A stretch of 64,000 nt of DNA from Daphnia carinata (Eukaryota): NCBI RefSeq assembly GCF_022539665.2, contig NC_081332.1, positions 2,480,001 to 2,544,000 on the forward strand. The letters run 5' to 3'. The notes beneath the pieces were generated by a model. The model saw only the letters and a list, made by a program, of their open reading frames with translations, did no database searches and was not told where the DNA came from. Positions 26,163 to 38,007 of the stretch are shown here, one piece after another (the stretch's first letter is position 1; each line of letters starts with the position of its first letter). A program made the translations under genes and the position numbers.

Positions 26163-27628
26163 ATGTTAGAACTTGACAAATTTGCGTACCGTGTTCTTGT
26201 TATACTACTCAGTTATTTATGTTATGCAGTGATTTGCCTCGAACCAGCTGAAATTGACGCCTACCCACTTAGTTCACTGGTTCACTCTTCTACCAATAGC
26301 ATTCAGTTATCTTCCCGGATTACAAAGAGTATAAGAAGAGACCTCACGAGTAATTTCCGTGACATTATTGTCAAATCTAACAATGGTAAAAAAACCGCTT
26401 TACTTCGGCGTTTAATGCAAGTAGGCTATCGTTTCAACAAAAGACCCTGCTATTTGGCTAAATTTTAATTTTCAGACAACAACTACGTTTGTGGCTTGGC
26501 CAATCAGCCTTCAAACAACAATTATTCCAATAATGGCCCGTGGACCAAGATCGTCGGAGGAGTCGAAACAGCACCCCACGAATTCCCATGGCAAGTATTT
26601 CTCGTCCTTCATAAAACCAATGACGAAAGTTTCGCCTGCGGAGGTAGTTTGATTAGCGATCGATGGATTCTCACAGCGGCTCACTGTTTAATAAAGTATG
26701 TTTTTATATTGGTAATTTTCCCTTCATCGAATAATTCTGCTTATTCCAAATAGTACCAACTTGATTCATATTACGCTGGGAGCCCATGATCTCGAAGATG
26801 AAGGCGAAGTGCATCAAGAACGATATACCAGTCGTGAATACCTTATTCATCCGGATTGGGATTCTGAGACTCTACACGCTGACATTGCACTTGTCCGACT
26901 TCCGGCCACCATCTCCTTCTCAAGTCTGTGCAAAAACTTTCATTTTTATCGCGTTGAATGTCTCGCTTATTTTCAGTTTCAGAATACATTCAACCCGTAT
27001 GTCTGGATAGCCCATCCGATCCCGCAGTCGACTATGTAAACGACACTGTCCTACTGACTGGATGGGGCCTTACAAGTGATGGTATGGAAACGAAATTTTA
27101 TTTTTTTCAAAATTTACTCATTTTTTCGTTTTTACCATTAATTTAATGTGTGCATAGAAAGTGGAGGAGTAAGTTCAGTCCTTCGTAAAACGATGGTGAA
27201 AGTGATCACAAACGAGAAATGTTTAGAACAATACGACAGCGTGATAACAGACGAAATGATTTGCACGAGTGGAGAAGACCATCAAGGATCTTGCCACGTA
27301 TTATCTTAATCTATCAAAAATGTATGATGTAGTAGGAATCGCAAATTTTTATTTATAGGGCGACAGTGGAGGACCAATGAATTTCAGACAGGCAGATGGC
27401 ACTTGGAAGCAAATAGGAATCGTTTCGTTCGGTTCCAATCAAGGCTGTGAAAGTGGCTATGCCAACGGTTTCACGCGCGTCAGCTCTTTTTCCTCTTGGA
27501 TTAAAAATACTATAATCCAAAGAGAGGCTGCAAACAGGTCGACTAGCATCTTGGCCCCTAAACAGCCATTAGTTATGGTGCTGTTACTATTACTGGCTCT
27601 GCTATTTGAAGAGGTGAATCTAAATTAA
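26163..27628 (+). CDS. S1A serine protease (chymotrypsin/brachyurin-like) with hydrophobic C-terminal tail
   Basis: Signal peptide; K|IVGG activation site; WILTAAHC, DIALVRL, SCH|GDSGGP triad; Gly rather than Asp at position 189. Confidence 0.94.
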
Positions 27629-28490
27629 AAGAACATGTCCATCAAAATGTCTGTGGCAACAATCGGTTTGTGAAATAAACAAAAAAAAAAAAAATACCTT
27701 AAATTTGAGCTTTGTCCATACCCAGGATAGTGCTTGCTTCAAACAACATTGGATTACATTCGTCGACGTGTATATTTGACTTCTTTTGACAACAGCATTA
27801 GGCTACAAACCAACAGGCAGATGAATGCAGAAGAAAATATTTTCCGTTAGCATAACATATCGTGGCGGCATACTGAGATTTTTTTCCACGTCTGTAAATT
27901 GTCTACGTCTTTTAATTATCTTTACCGAAAACAACGTGACGAACTGTTTGCAAAAGAAAAGAAGATATAGTCACGTTTATTTTTCTCCACCAACCAAATT
28001 GCTGGAATCTGTTGGTTATTCGTAGCGGAATAATAGATCTATTGAAAAACAGGCTTAATATTGTTAGTTGCACGGGCCAGCACGAAAAAAACGGGACGAC
28101 CGAGGTAAATTGGCAAACCATTTTACTTCACCATGGCGAAATCGTAAGCAATGCATCATCATTCACAAGCTCATCTCAGTTATTTTTTTCTTTTGCGCTT
28201 CTTACCTTTCGGAGAAACCGCTTCAAAGACAGATATACTTATTAATAAATGTGCAGCGGATTTATGATGAGTTACGCCTATTTGTAGAGCTAACTGGCCG
28301 GAGTGTGGGCGTAAATGGAACGCGAGGCAATGAAACAAAAATTCTACCTCTCATAGTGTGATAGGGATTTCGTTCGCAATATTTGGGTAACAGGAATTAG
28401 ATATGTATTTTTAGATAACAAAATTAAGTGTTAGACTTGAAAAGCTTTCGAGTTATCCCAAAAAGCTTTTATTTTACTGTCCATTTCTAG

Positions 28491-28743
28491 CAGTGTATTG
28501 GATTTTAACAAACCAAATCATCAAATCCAATCAAATCCAAATCACATCATTTGTGGATGTGGATTAAATTGGATTTTACTGCTTAGGTTAGTTAAAGTTA
28601 GCTTAGGTTAGTTTAGGTTATGTTACTCGAGAACTTTTGCTGTCTTGAATGATTTAAAGATCCAATGCAAATCCGCAAAAAATTGGATTTGCTTCGGATT
28701 TCTTTGTTTTTGCGGATTTGATTGGCCAAAATCCAATACACTG
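28491..28743. mobile_element. hAT-type MITE, 253 bp
   Basis: Perfect 16-bp TIR CAGTGTATTGGATTTT / AAAATCCAATACACTG flanked by an 8-bp direct repeat ATTTCTAG (28483-28490, 28744-28751). Confidence 0.9.
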
Positions 28744-28943
28744 ATTTCTAGTAGTTGCCCGGACAACTTTTTCATTTCACCCCTAAAACGATGAAAGAAA
28801 TGATAAAAGATGGTCTTGCGTTATTCCTGGTTAATTTCTACAAACTAATTACATTATTTTTTACCTAGCTTCTATTTATGCCCTAAAAACAATCAAATTC
28901 CCTGAAGACCCACGCTAAGGGCAAATCGAACACCTTCTTTCGC

Positions 28944-29193
28944 AAACTAAATTGCCAGAGGGGTCTAATACCCCAAACCGAGCTCCACTTTCCACTGTTT
29001 GGTAACTAATACAGAAATGAAATGAGTGGAAAAAACCAGTGGAAAGTGGAATTCTGTTTGAGGTACTACGATAGTAGTACCTCTCCACCATTGCCAATCA
29101 GTGGAAAAAGTAAAAGAAATTGGAATGGTTGGGATGAAGCTGTAGAAAGTGGACTTCGATTTGGGGTATTAGGCTCCTCTGGCAATTTAGTTT
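28944..29193. mobile_element. MITE-like element with ~50-bp imperfect inverted termini
   Basis: AAACTAAATTGCCAGAGGGGTCTAATACCCCAAA... pairs with ...TTTGGGGTATTAGGCTCCTCTGGCAATTTAGTTT; no clear TSD; exact ends uncertain. Confidence 0.68.
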
Positions 29194-30904
29194 TAGGCGC
29201 AGGGGGTATTGCGCGCTTACTGGCCGTTTATTATAGTAGGCCATGGTTTAAACATTGTTGTTTAAATCACAAAATTGCATCGAAATGCAGTACCCGCTCT
29301 TAGTGACCGTAACATCCACTGTTTTTCGTGCTTTTTAACACTTGAGCTTTTACGGCGGCGGGCGTCTTGCGCGGATGAATAGATGGGAGGGGAAAATACG
29401 CGAATGCTAATGAAAATTTGGTCGATCGTTAACCTAAGAACGGGATATTTTGCAAATTTTACAATTTCAAAATTTTATGTCGCCAATGGTTGTTGAGTAG
29501 AATGCTACTCAACAAACATCCGAACACCGCGATCGGCAAAATGATGGGTTATGGCATAACGATGCAATTTTAAAAATAAGTTTTTTAAATAAGAGATTTT
29601 TTCAAACAACATTTTAAAAGTATTTGATGAAACACCCTTTAAAGATTTCCTTTTATTAACAATTTTAATTAAATCAAAGTAGTATATTGGTGGTAATTTT
29701 TTAAATTGGTGACTAAATGCAAAATGCTGCTGCTAATTGGCAAATGCTACAAATACTGCAAGTCAGAGTTTTAGTGTTACTCTGCATTTATCTATCACTA
29801 TCACTTGACATTCGACTTATCTTTCGTTATAAAATCACCCACGAAAAAATTATGATGGCGAACGATATAGGCTAGATCAATGGTAAACAAAGATTGGTCA
29901 ACGCATAATGCAGTTTTATACGGCGTGGTGAGAAAGGACCACTGTTCAGTTATCATTCAGTCTTGATGACGAAACCACCTAAATGGAAAACAGTAGCGCT
30001 GGTGAGTGAAATTCAATTTGCGATTTTAAGTATTCGTAGCTTTGAATTTTAGAAATTTTTTGCTTTAGTTTATTCGTCAGCGTTATAGCTGATATCAGGA
30101 TAAGATAGTAGAGGACATAGCGGACAGCCAGGCAATTTCATGACGGGCTAAGTAGCATAGTCGCTTTATTTAAAAAATTTTAATGATTATTTCGTCGCTT
30201 GCTATCACAATACAAATTTCCTTGTCTACTTTCTTGGTGTCGACAAGGGCTTGGTCCTGCGTCGATCGGGTCGGATATTGTTTATCTCGTGGATCATTTT
30301 AGTTTTTGGGTGGGGCAGCCGATTACAGGCAGCAATTTTTTTTTTGTTTCCATGTCCCTTCAGATTTCAGTCGGGCTGATGGGGGAGTAAACCCAATAGC
30401 AAGCAATAAGTTAATTAAACCAAAATAATTGTTCTATTGTCGTTGATTTCTAAAATAATCCATTGTCGTAAATCAAGCAGGTCTTTCTTTTTAATGTAAC
30501 GTCGCCTAAACCGCAATTTAAGAGGCAAACCCAATACCCAAATCCATCGCATCCCGTAACAAAATTACTACACCTATCAGTCCCGGTATTAGTGTGGATT
30601 ACTACCCCATTTTTCAGATGGAGAGGGGGGGGGGGGGGTCCAAAGACAGCTAATGGAAGTCGAACCCCAGCGTCAAGTATAATGAAAGGGGGAAAAAAAA
30701 GTAGAAAAACAAAACAATAGGCGAATGACAATAATAAAAAGGTGGCAGCTAGAAAAAAAATGCTTATCCCTCGGCTCCGTTTGATTTTACTGTGACATAC
30801 TACATGATTCAAAACTATTATTTTCGTTGTATACTGCCATTTAGGTTTGATTACTGAAAACAATTACATGTGACTGGCGAATATATCATACCGTTGCAAG
30901 AAAG

Positions 30905-33900
30905 ATGTCCGAAATTTCAGCTATGGATGAGGATGAAGCGAGTGTTGCTGGAGAAACTCCTAACCCGCCGAATACATTACATTACAGTAAATCAGAATAT
31001 TTTGGCAAAAAATTAAAAAGTTGGTTGCATCATCCGGACAATGAAGGCAATCTGAAGCTTTTCCGCAATGCTGTAGAACATATGGAACAGAAATTTGGAA
31101 TAGAACTTTCTTCTTTCGACTTGACATGTCTCGAGTGGCAGTATGTCAAATCCGTATTGGAAATTTGGCAGGAAAAGGCTTTCGAAAAAGCGTCTCAGGA
31201 TCTGACAACGACTAACCACCCCTCAGAGATATCTATTCTAGTAAACGAGTTTAATTCTATCAGTTCATTCCATGACGTTGAAACGACGCAATTGGCACAA
31301 TCACGAGTTCGAATCTGGTGTGACGGAGGGTGTCGGTATTTTCAGTTGATTGCCAAACAGGGACAGCTGTTCAAACAAGCTCCTCGTTTTGCCATTCTTG
31401 TTCCCTGCCATTTTAATAACTTCAAAATTCTTTGCATCAAAGAGATTTTCTTCCGATGTTGGCAGAATTTCGTGAAAGACGAAACTAATGGTGAGAAATA
31501 CCAAAAATGCATTTCCGCCCTAATTTCCTTACTGGTGAAAGCCTTTGAAAACAAGGAATTGCTAGACATTATAGAGTTGTTCTTCGAGGATATTCTCGAT
31601 GAATTGCCCACCGGCAAAGCAATTGATTGGCGCATATTTTGCGAGGAAAAACTGCAAAAGTTCCCGGCTGGTAGCAACGAAGAGAGTTCGACTCCTGATT
31701 GGTTCCAAAAATTTAAAGAAGCCGTTGAAGAAATAGGGAAAGAAGCGTGGACCTCGCGTTTCACATTAATGATGAATGAAGTTTTGAAGCTATACTTGCT
31801 GCCACGAACAAAGGTCGAAACCACGGACGATAACGGAAGGAAAATTATTTTTGTCAGAGGAAAAGTTGTATTTCTTAGCAAAGTTATAGATAAAATGGAA
31901 AAATTAAAAAAGGACGATGTAGGTCTCCAGGAAATCAAAATTGTTGGACTAAAATCCGTTCACATTGATTGCAACTTGGATAACGACATCTGGCATGGCA
32001 CAAATTTAGGACTGGACACTGACAAAATCATTGTTGATGATGAATTTTCTTGGAACTTTTCTGGTCAACACAACAACGAACAAAATGCAAGTGAGTGACG
32101 CATTAGGTTCCCTCCCATGTTTAACGATGGAAGAATTCATGTCTAATGCGGTACACAAATGCACTATATTTCTTTTTTTTATTCTCGTATTACACCTTGT
32201 AGGAGAACCACGTCAACCAGGTGAAAGTGGTGGTAACGTACACATCATTTGCAACGAGATGGTCAATGCCAAGCAATGGACAATCATATCTGATGGAGGG
32301 GACGGAAGTTCAGCTCACAAATGGACTAAGGAGGAATTTAACCAAGCTTTTCCTTCCATGTCACTATTCGAAGGAGGCGAAGGCAATATGAAAACGGTTG
32401 CTGAAGCGTTAGAACATCTTTCACCAGAAGATAATGTATTGGGAAACCTTAAAGAGAAGGGTTATATCCGCGGACCCATGTCCGATATCAATGAGGTCAT
32501 GGTATCATTTTACAAATCGGAGACGAAACGCGATTCGCTTATCTTTTTTCAAGGTATTTTCATTTGTTCGAATCTAACGCAAAGATTAAAGTGAACATTG
32601 GGAATTTTTAAACTTTTCCTTTTTTTTATCAGGACGAGGAGTCGGACAAGGTGGATACGGTGGCTCTGTGATTGTGGAAATTTTAAATAGATTGACGTCT
32701 ACCACATTACCTAACCTCCCATGTATCGGGAATCAGAAGCGCCTACCATCCGCTACCTATATGCCTAATGTCTATGAGGCATGTGGTGCTGACGGCAAAA
32801 TTGGTAAACCCGCCGGTGATATTGGTTTCATTCACAGTGTCAAGACAACCAAAGAGAATAAGGAAGGGAGGTATTTTGGTTTTGACTCCGATGTCAGGCT
32901 TCAGTTAAAGTTCTGCGATCGTAAATCGAAAGACGTCAACTTGTACGCTAAAGTAAAGCCCGTTGCAGGAGGAACATCAAAGGCGAAGTATGCGTCAATA
33001 ATTATAGATCAGCCTGTTCCTACATCTGATCCTACAATACTGGTTGAAGCTACCAGGAAAAAGATCATCCTTCGCCAAAGTCTGTTTCAGCATTATTCCG
33101 AGATAAATCAACACAAGGAAATTTCTCAGTCCCTTGAAGAGATATTTTCCAGCACACGGCAACCTCAGCCAACTAGTTTGATACCAAAGGATTTGGCAAC
33201 ATTCAACGAAAAACTCGAGCGGATGATGTATCAAGACCAGCAAAATCGATTAGAAATCGCACAAGCAAAAACGCTTAAGCCAGCCCCTCTAAATCAATTA
33301 AAAGCCGACACTTCAGGCACTTCTTCGCTACGAGCCGACGAACAGGAAGTTGCAACTATAATACAAAACACTCCGAACACGACATTCGACTCTGACGTAC
33401 ACCCAAACCAAAACCCTGCAGTAAGAAACGTGGAGGAGATCATCAGTATTATGCAGCAAAATGAAAATATGACTAATAATAACCTGAAGTTTCTTCTTCT
33501 TTTAAAAGAAAATGTTATAGAATCCAAAACAATGGATCTTAAGGAGAGCACCTTCTTAAAATCGATCAAAGACCAAGGATTAAATCTAGCGAGTGACGAA
33601 AACCTAAACTGCTTCCTCCGTGTCTACAGTTACGGCGTCCAAAAAAAACTAGGATTTTCCTTGCGTGATGCGCAAAGAGTGGCTATCATGGCATTGTTAC
33701 AAAAACGTCCAAATTCCAAGAAAACGTTGGTTCAAGTATCAACTGGTGAGGGCAAATCTTTGATTGTTGCCGGAGTGGCCATCGCATTGGCTCTTTCTCA
33801 GATTACAAAATCGAAACCATTATCACCAGTTGACGTTATTACCAGTAACAACGTCCTAGCTATACGCGATACTAACACTTCGTCGGACAAGGGAGGACTC

Positions 33901-36900
33901 AAGGATCTGTATGACCTCTTTGGAGTCAGTGTAGCAAATAATTGCAGCCATTTGAAAGGGGAACGTGTAAAAGCCTACGAAGCAGCCGTGGTTTACGGGG
34001 AACTGGCAAATTTCCAGCGTGATTACTTACTGAAAAATTTTTACAACTACAATACTCGTGGTGACCGAGAATTCACGAATGTCATTATTGACGAAGTGGA
34101 TTGCATGTTGCTGGACCGCGGCAGCAACACTCTGTACCTATCGCACGATATTCCAGGCATGGAGATGCTTGAATCTTTGTATGTTTTCATCTGGGAAATG
34201 TTGAAAAACTGGGAAAAATCAAAAACTTCGATGGCATCCGTTACAAAATCAATCAAATCAGAAGTGTATTATGACTTGTTTGGCGTCACATCTATGGACG
34301 ATTTGGAGTTGGTTCATGCGAAATTAAAAGATTTACCTTCGGAAAAAACAGCGCTGTGGAATCACCTAGTTAATCAAAAAGTAATTGATGATAAAGGACG
34401 TCTAGTCATTACTGATGCCAACAAAATAACAAAAGAGGAGATCAACTATGTCCCTAATGCGACACAACTCCAAGTGAACAATCTTAATGCAAAATTGGTT
34501 TTCTATTTCCGCAAAATTGCCAATCGCCAGCGTCGCTTCCGATTACCTTCTCACCTGCTCGACTTTGTTGATCGAAACCTTGACACTTGGTTAAATAGCG
34601 CCTTTCAGGCTTTGGATCTAAGACGCGACGAGCACTACGTCATTGACCAAGACCGAACAGACACTAATCTGGATCTCAATCCGCAAGTGATTATAATCGA
34701 TCCTGACACTGGAACAGACCAGACTTTGTCGCAATGGGACGGAGCCTTGCACCAGTTCGTTCAACTGAAGGAAGGGTGTAAATTGACGCTGCAAAGTCTC
34801 AAAGCCGTTTTCATTTCCAATGCCACGTACATCTTGGAATACAACAAAATGATGGGCGTGTCGGGTACACTAGGGTCCAAAAAAGAGCAAGAATTTTTGA
34901 GCGACAAGTACGGGTGCGATTTCTTTGAAGTTCCGACCGCTTTTTCTAAAAAATTCACTCTCAAACCAACCAAAGTTCTCCGATCGGGAGCAGAGTGGCT
35001 AGAGGAAATAATCAAAGAAACGCGGGATGTTCTTAATATATCGGAAGGAATACAGGATCAACCACAGCGTGATGTAAGCAATGTGGACGTAAAATCTCGA
35101 TCCATTATTATTTTTTGCAGGACCATCAGAGAAGTCAATCAAGTTTACCGTAGGCTGAAACGTCATCGTCTCACTCGTTTGATTCATCGATACACACGAG
35201 ACTACGAAAAATTTGCCTTTGAAAGTAGTGAACTGGGCATTGGACACGTTATCGTCGCCACGAACTTGGCTGGACGAGGAACAGACATTAAGATTAGCAA
35301 CGATTTGAAAGCTAACGGAGGTCTACACATTTGCTTGACTTATTTACCCGAAAACGAACGGATCAAAGAGCAAGCGATGGGTCGTGCAGGAAGAAAAGGA
35401 GAACAAGGAAGTGGAATCCTTATCTTATGCGACACCGAGTCACAAGAAAAGGATGAAAAACTTGGTGATGAGCAATTGTTCAACAATATGGAAAAAGAAC
35501 GAGATGAACAAGAATTACAGCGATTATCGCGGTTGGACGAGGATTTCAAAGATAACGATATTCAAAAAAAATTGTTCCTGGATTTTATCAAAACATTTTC
35601 GATGCAAAACATCAAAAATGAATTGGAGAAATGCAAAGAAATGAGAAAAACAGAAAAAGGAGATGATGTTGAATACCAAGACTATCAGGTGTTGGTTCAG
35701 GCCATTCGTGACAGCGCCCTAGACAAATGGGCTCTTTGGCTTGATACAAAAGAATTCGATCGTTCCAACGTAGAGTTTCCTGATAAATTACACGGTTTTG
35801 AGAACTTTGACAACATAATCAACTGGATCACGCCTGCTCGCGCAATAGCTGTAGCAAATGATCTTGCAAATTCCTGCAAGAAACCGAACCTCTCCAAGGC
35901 AGAACAGATTTTGAAACAACTTGTTAGTTCCGAATACAGTTTATGTTATCCAGCTGCTCACTACTACCAGATTTTTATTTCTCTCAAACAAAACAAGTTC
36001 GAGAACGCAAAAGACGAATTCTTACGCAAGTTACGAGCCACGGAGACCATTATCACCCAGCAAATTGACATGCAACAGTCTTTCAATAGCACAATCAATC
36101 AGATAAAACAACAAGATAAACCAGACGAAATTCCTTTTTTTCGTGACTCTGACGCTTACAACGAACAGAAAAAAAATGAAGTGAGAATTTGGACATGTTT
36201 ACGTGAGTCCATTGTCTCCTTGTTGGACAATCACTGCTCTATCGCAAGCCTTCGTGAAGCGAGTAAAGTTCCGGACGAACAACCAGGTCCTCAAGATAAA
36301 ACCTCAACCGAAGAAATGCCAAGGGACGAAAAAATTCGTCGAGAGAAAGTTGGCAAGTATTATAAATCTCTGGTAGAAGCAAAATGCATTGCTTGCGAGC
36401 TCAACGATCCCAACACTATCCCGAGCCAAAGTATATTCCCCGACGGCAGTTTGCGTAATCGAAGTGCAATCATCCAGCAGATAGAAGACGACTATGATTG
36501 TATTGGAGCATCACTCGAAAAAACGCTAGTGTCCGTCTTTGACAAAGCCTTAAGTGAACAAGAGATTGAAAAGGAGCTTGAAAAAAAAGTTTTTATCCCA
36601 TCTAGTAGGAAGGCGTTCTGGAAGAAACTCGTCGATGCTGGTGCCTTGAAGATTCCAAAGAACGGCATCGAAATGGAATGCGTCATCATATCAGACAGGC
36701 AGTACGAACACATACCCGAGCTTGATAGAGAAGAGGCTATCATGTTAAATTTTGGATACGACACTTACGATCAAGCACTAAAATGCCTTACCATCCTCTA
36801 TCATCCGATATACGAAAACAAACAACAGTTGGACGACAGCAAAAAACTTATGTTTCCCAAGAAGTATGTCAAACGAATCACAAACTATGAGCTAGAAAAG

Positions 36901-38007
36901 CAAAATTTCGAGTTCAACAAGATCGCTCTTCTTGACCTCAAGAAGCTCAAAAATATGGAACTTAGAGAATTTGGTCGTCTGCTCTATGATGACTTCTTTC
37001 GAATAAATATTGTTCCAGCTGAACGAGAAGGCATTTGGAAGGAACTAAAGAAGCAGGAGATCATCGATGATCAGGGTTTTCTGGTGCCCAATTGCGATTT
37101 AACCAAAGGATTTAACTATCCGCAGTGCCCCATCTATTCAGACGCTGTGATGCATCTCATCGAACAAAAATTTGTCGCAGAAATAGTCCGACGTCAGTGG
37201 CTAAAAATAAAAGCTCGTCAAACAATGTCCAAAGAGGATCCTGATTATCTGAAAGCGATCAACTTTTTACCGTTAAAACCACACCGAGACATGCTCGGAG
37301 ATTTGATGGCGGCCCACGTCGTTTCTGGGGCTCGACTTATGTACGACACAAAGAGGAAACTAGCAGAGGAAATTTCGAAAATCAAAGATGCTGATGAAAG
37401 AGAACAAAAATTTCTTTTGGAGTTCTTCGAAGATCGACTACCTCTCTATACTATGACAGCAGCGCCAAAATTTTCTCTCGAACCCTTAGAACGTATCATA
37501 GGCGCATTTCCGTCAGCGGTTAACGTCTTCAGCGAACTTCTTGTCTTCCGTCTAATGGGACTAAACAGTGTCATAGGAATAGAGGAACAGAAATGGTCGT
37601 TGAAGAGAAAATCCTTAGGATTACTGTTCTCTTCATTCATCATTGCTGGCGGAATGGCATCCATAAGTGCTGGAGTTTTACTACGCATTTTCTGCCCAGA
37701 ACTACCATCTCGACTTTATCGAAATGTGTTACTCAGGGGAGGCTGGTCTGACATTGCCTACGCCATTGCGACTGTTTTGTCGCATAAGGACTTCACCTGG
37801 AACGAATACTGGCGCCAGAGAATTAGGAGTGCATCAGGAAAAGTGGGTCCAATTGAGGCGATCCACAGCCTGCGGAAATTATCTGCCAACGCGAATAAAC
37901 ATAGCGATCAACGGGTTGAGTCAAATGATGCCCAAATAAGGATCGCAGGTGGCAAAATCGCAAACTTCCCAAGGACAGTTGAAAATGATGACATATGTAA
38001 TGTGTAG
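30905..38007 (+). CDS. Giant SecA-like DEAD-motor (SF2 ATPase) protein, ~2303 aa; exons 30905-32090, 32203-32553, 32633-38007
   Basis: SecA-family motifs in order: QVSTGEGKSL, VDVITSNNVLAIRD, VVYGELANFQRDYL, IIDEVDCMLLD, IIDPDTG..WDGALHQFVQLKEG, GVSGT, VATNLAGRGTDIKI, GGLHI..ENERIKEQAMGRAGRKGEQG; two phase-1 GT-AG introns join three ORFs in frame. Confidence 0.9.

Noticed and set aside
30905..38007. Bacterial secA contamination or endosymbiont insert
   Set aside because: Frame-preserving spliceosomal introns, size far above bacterial SecA, local pseudogene paralog and animal flanking genes
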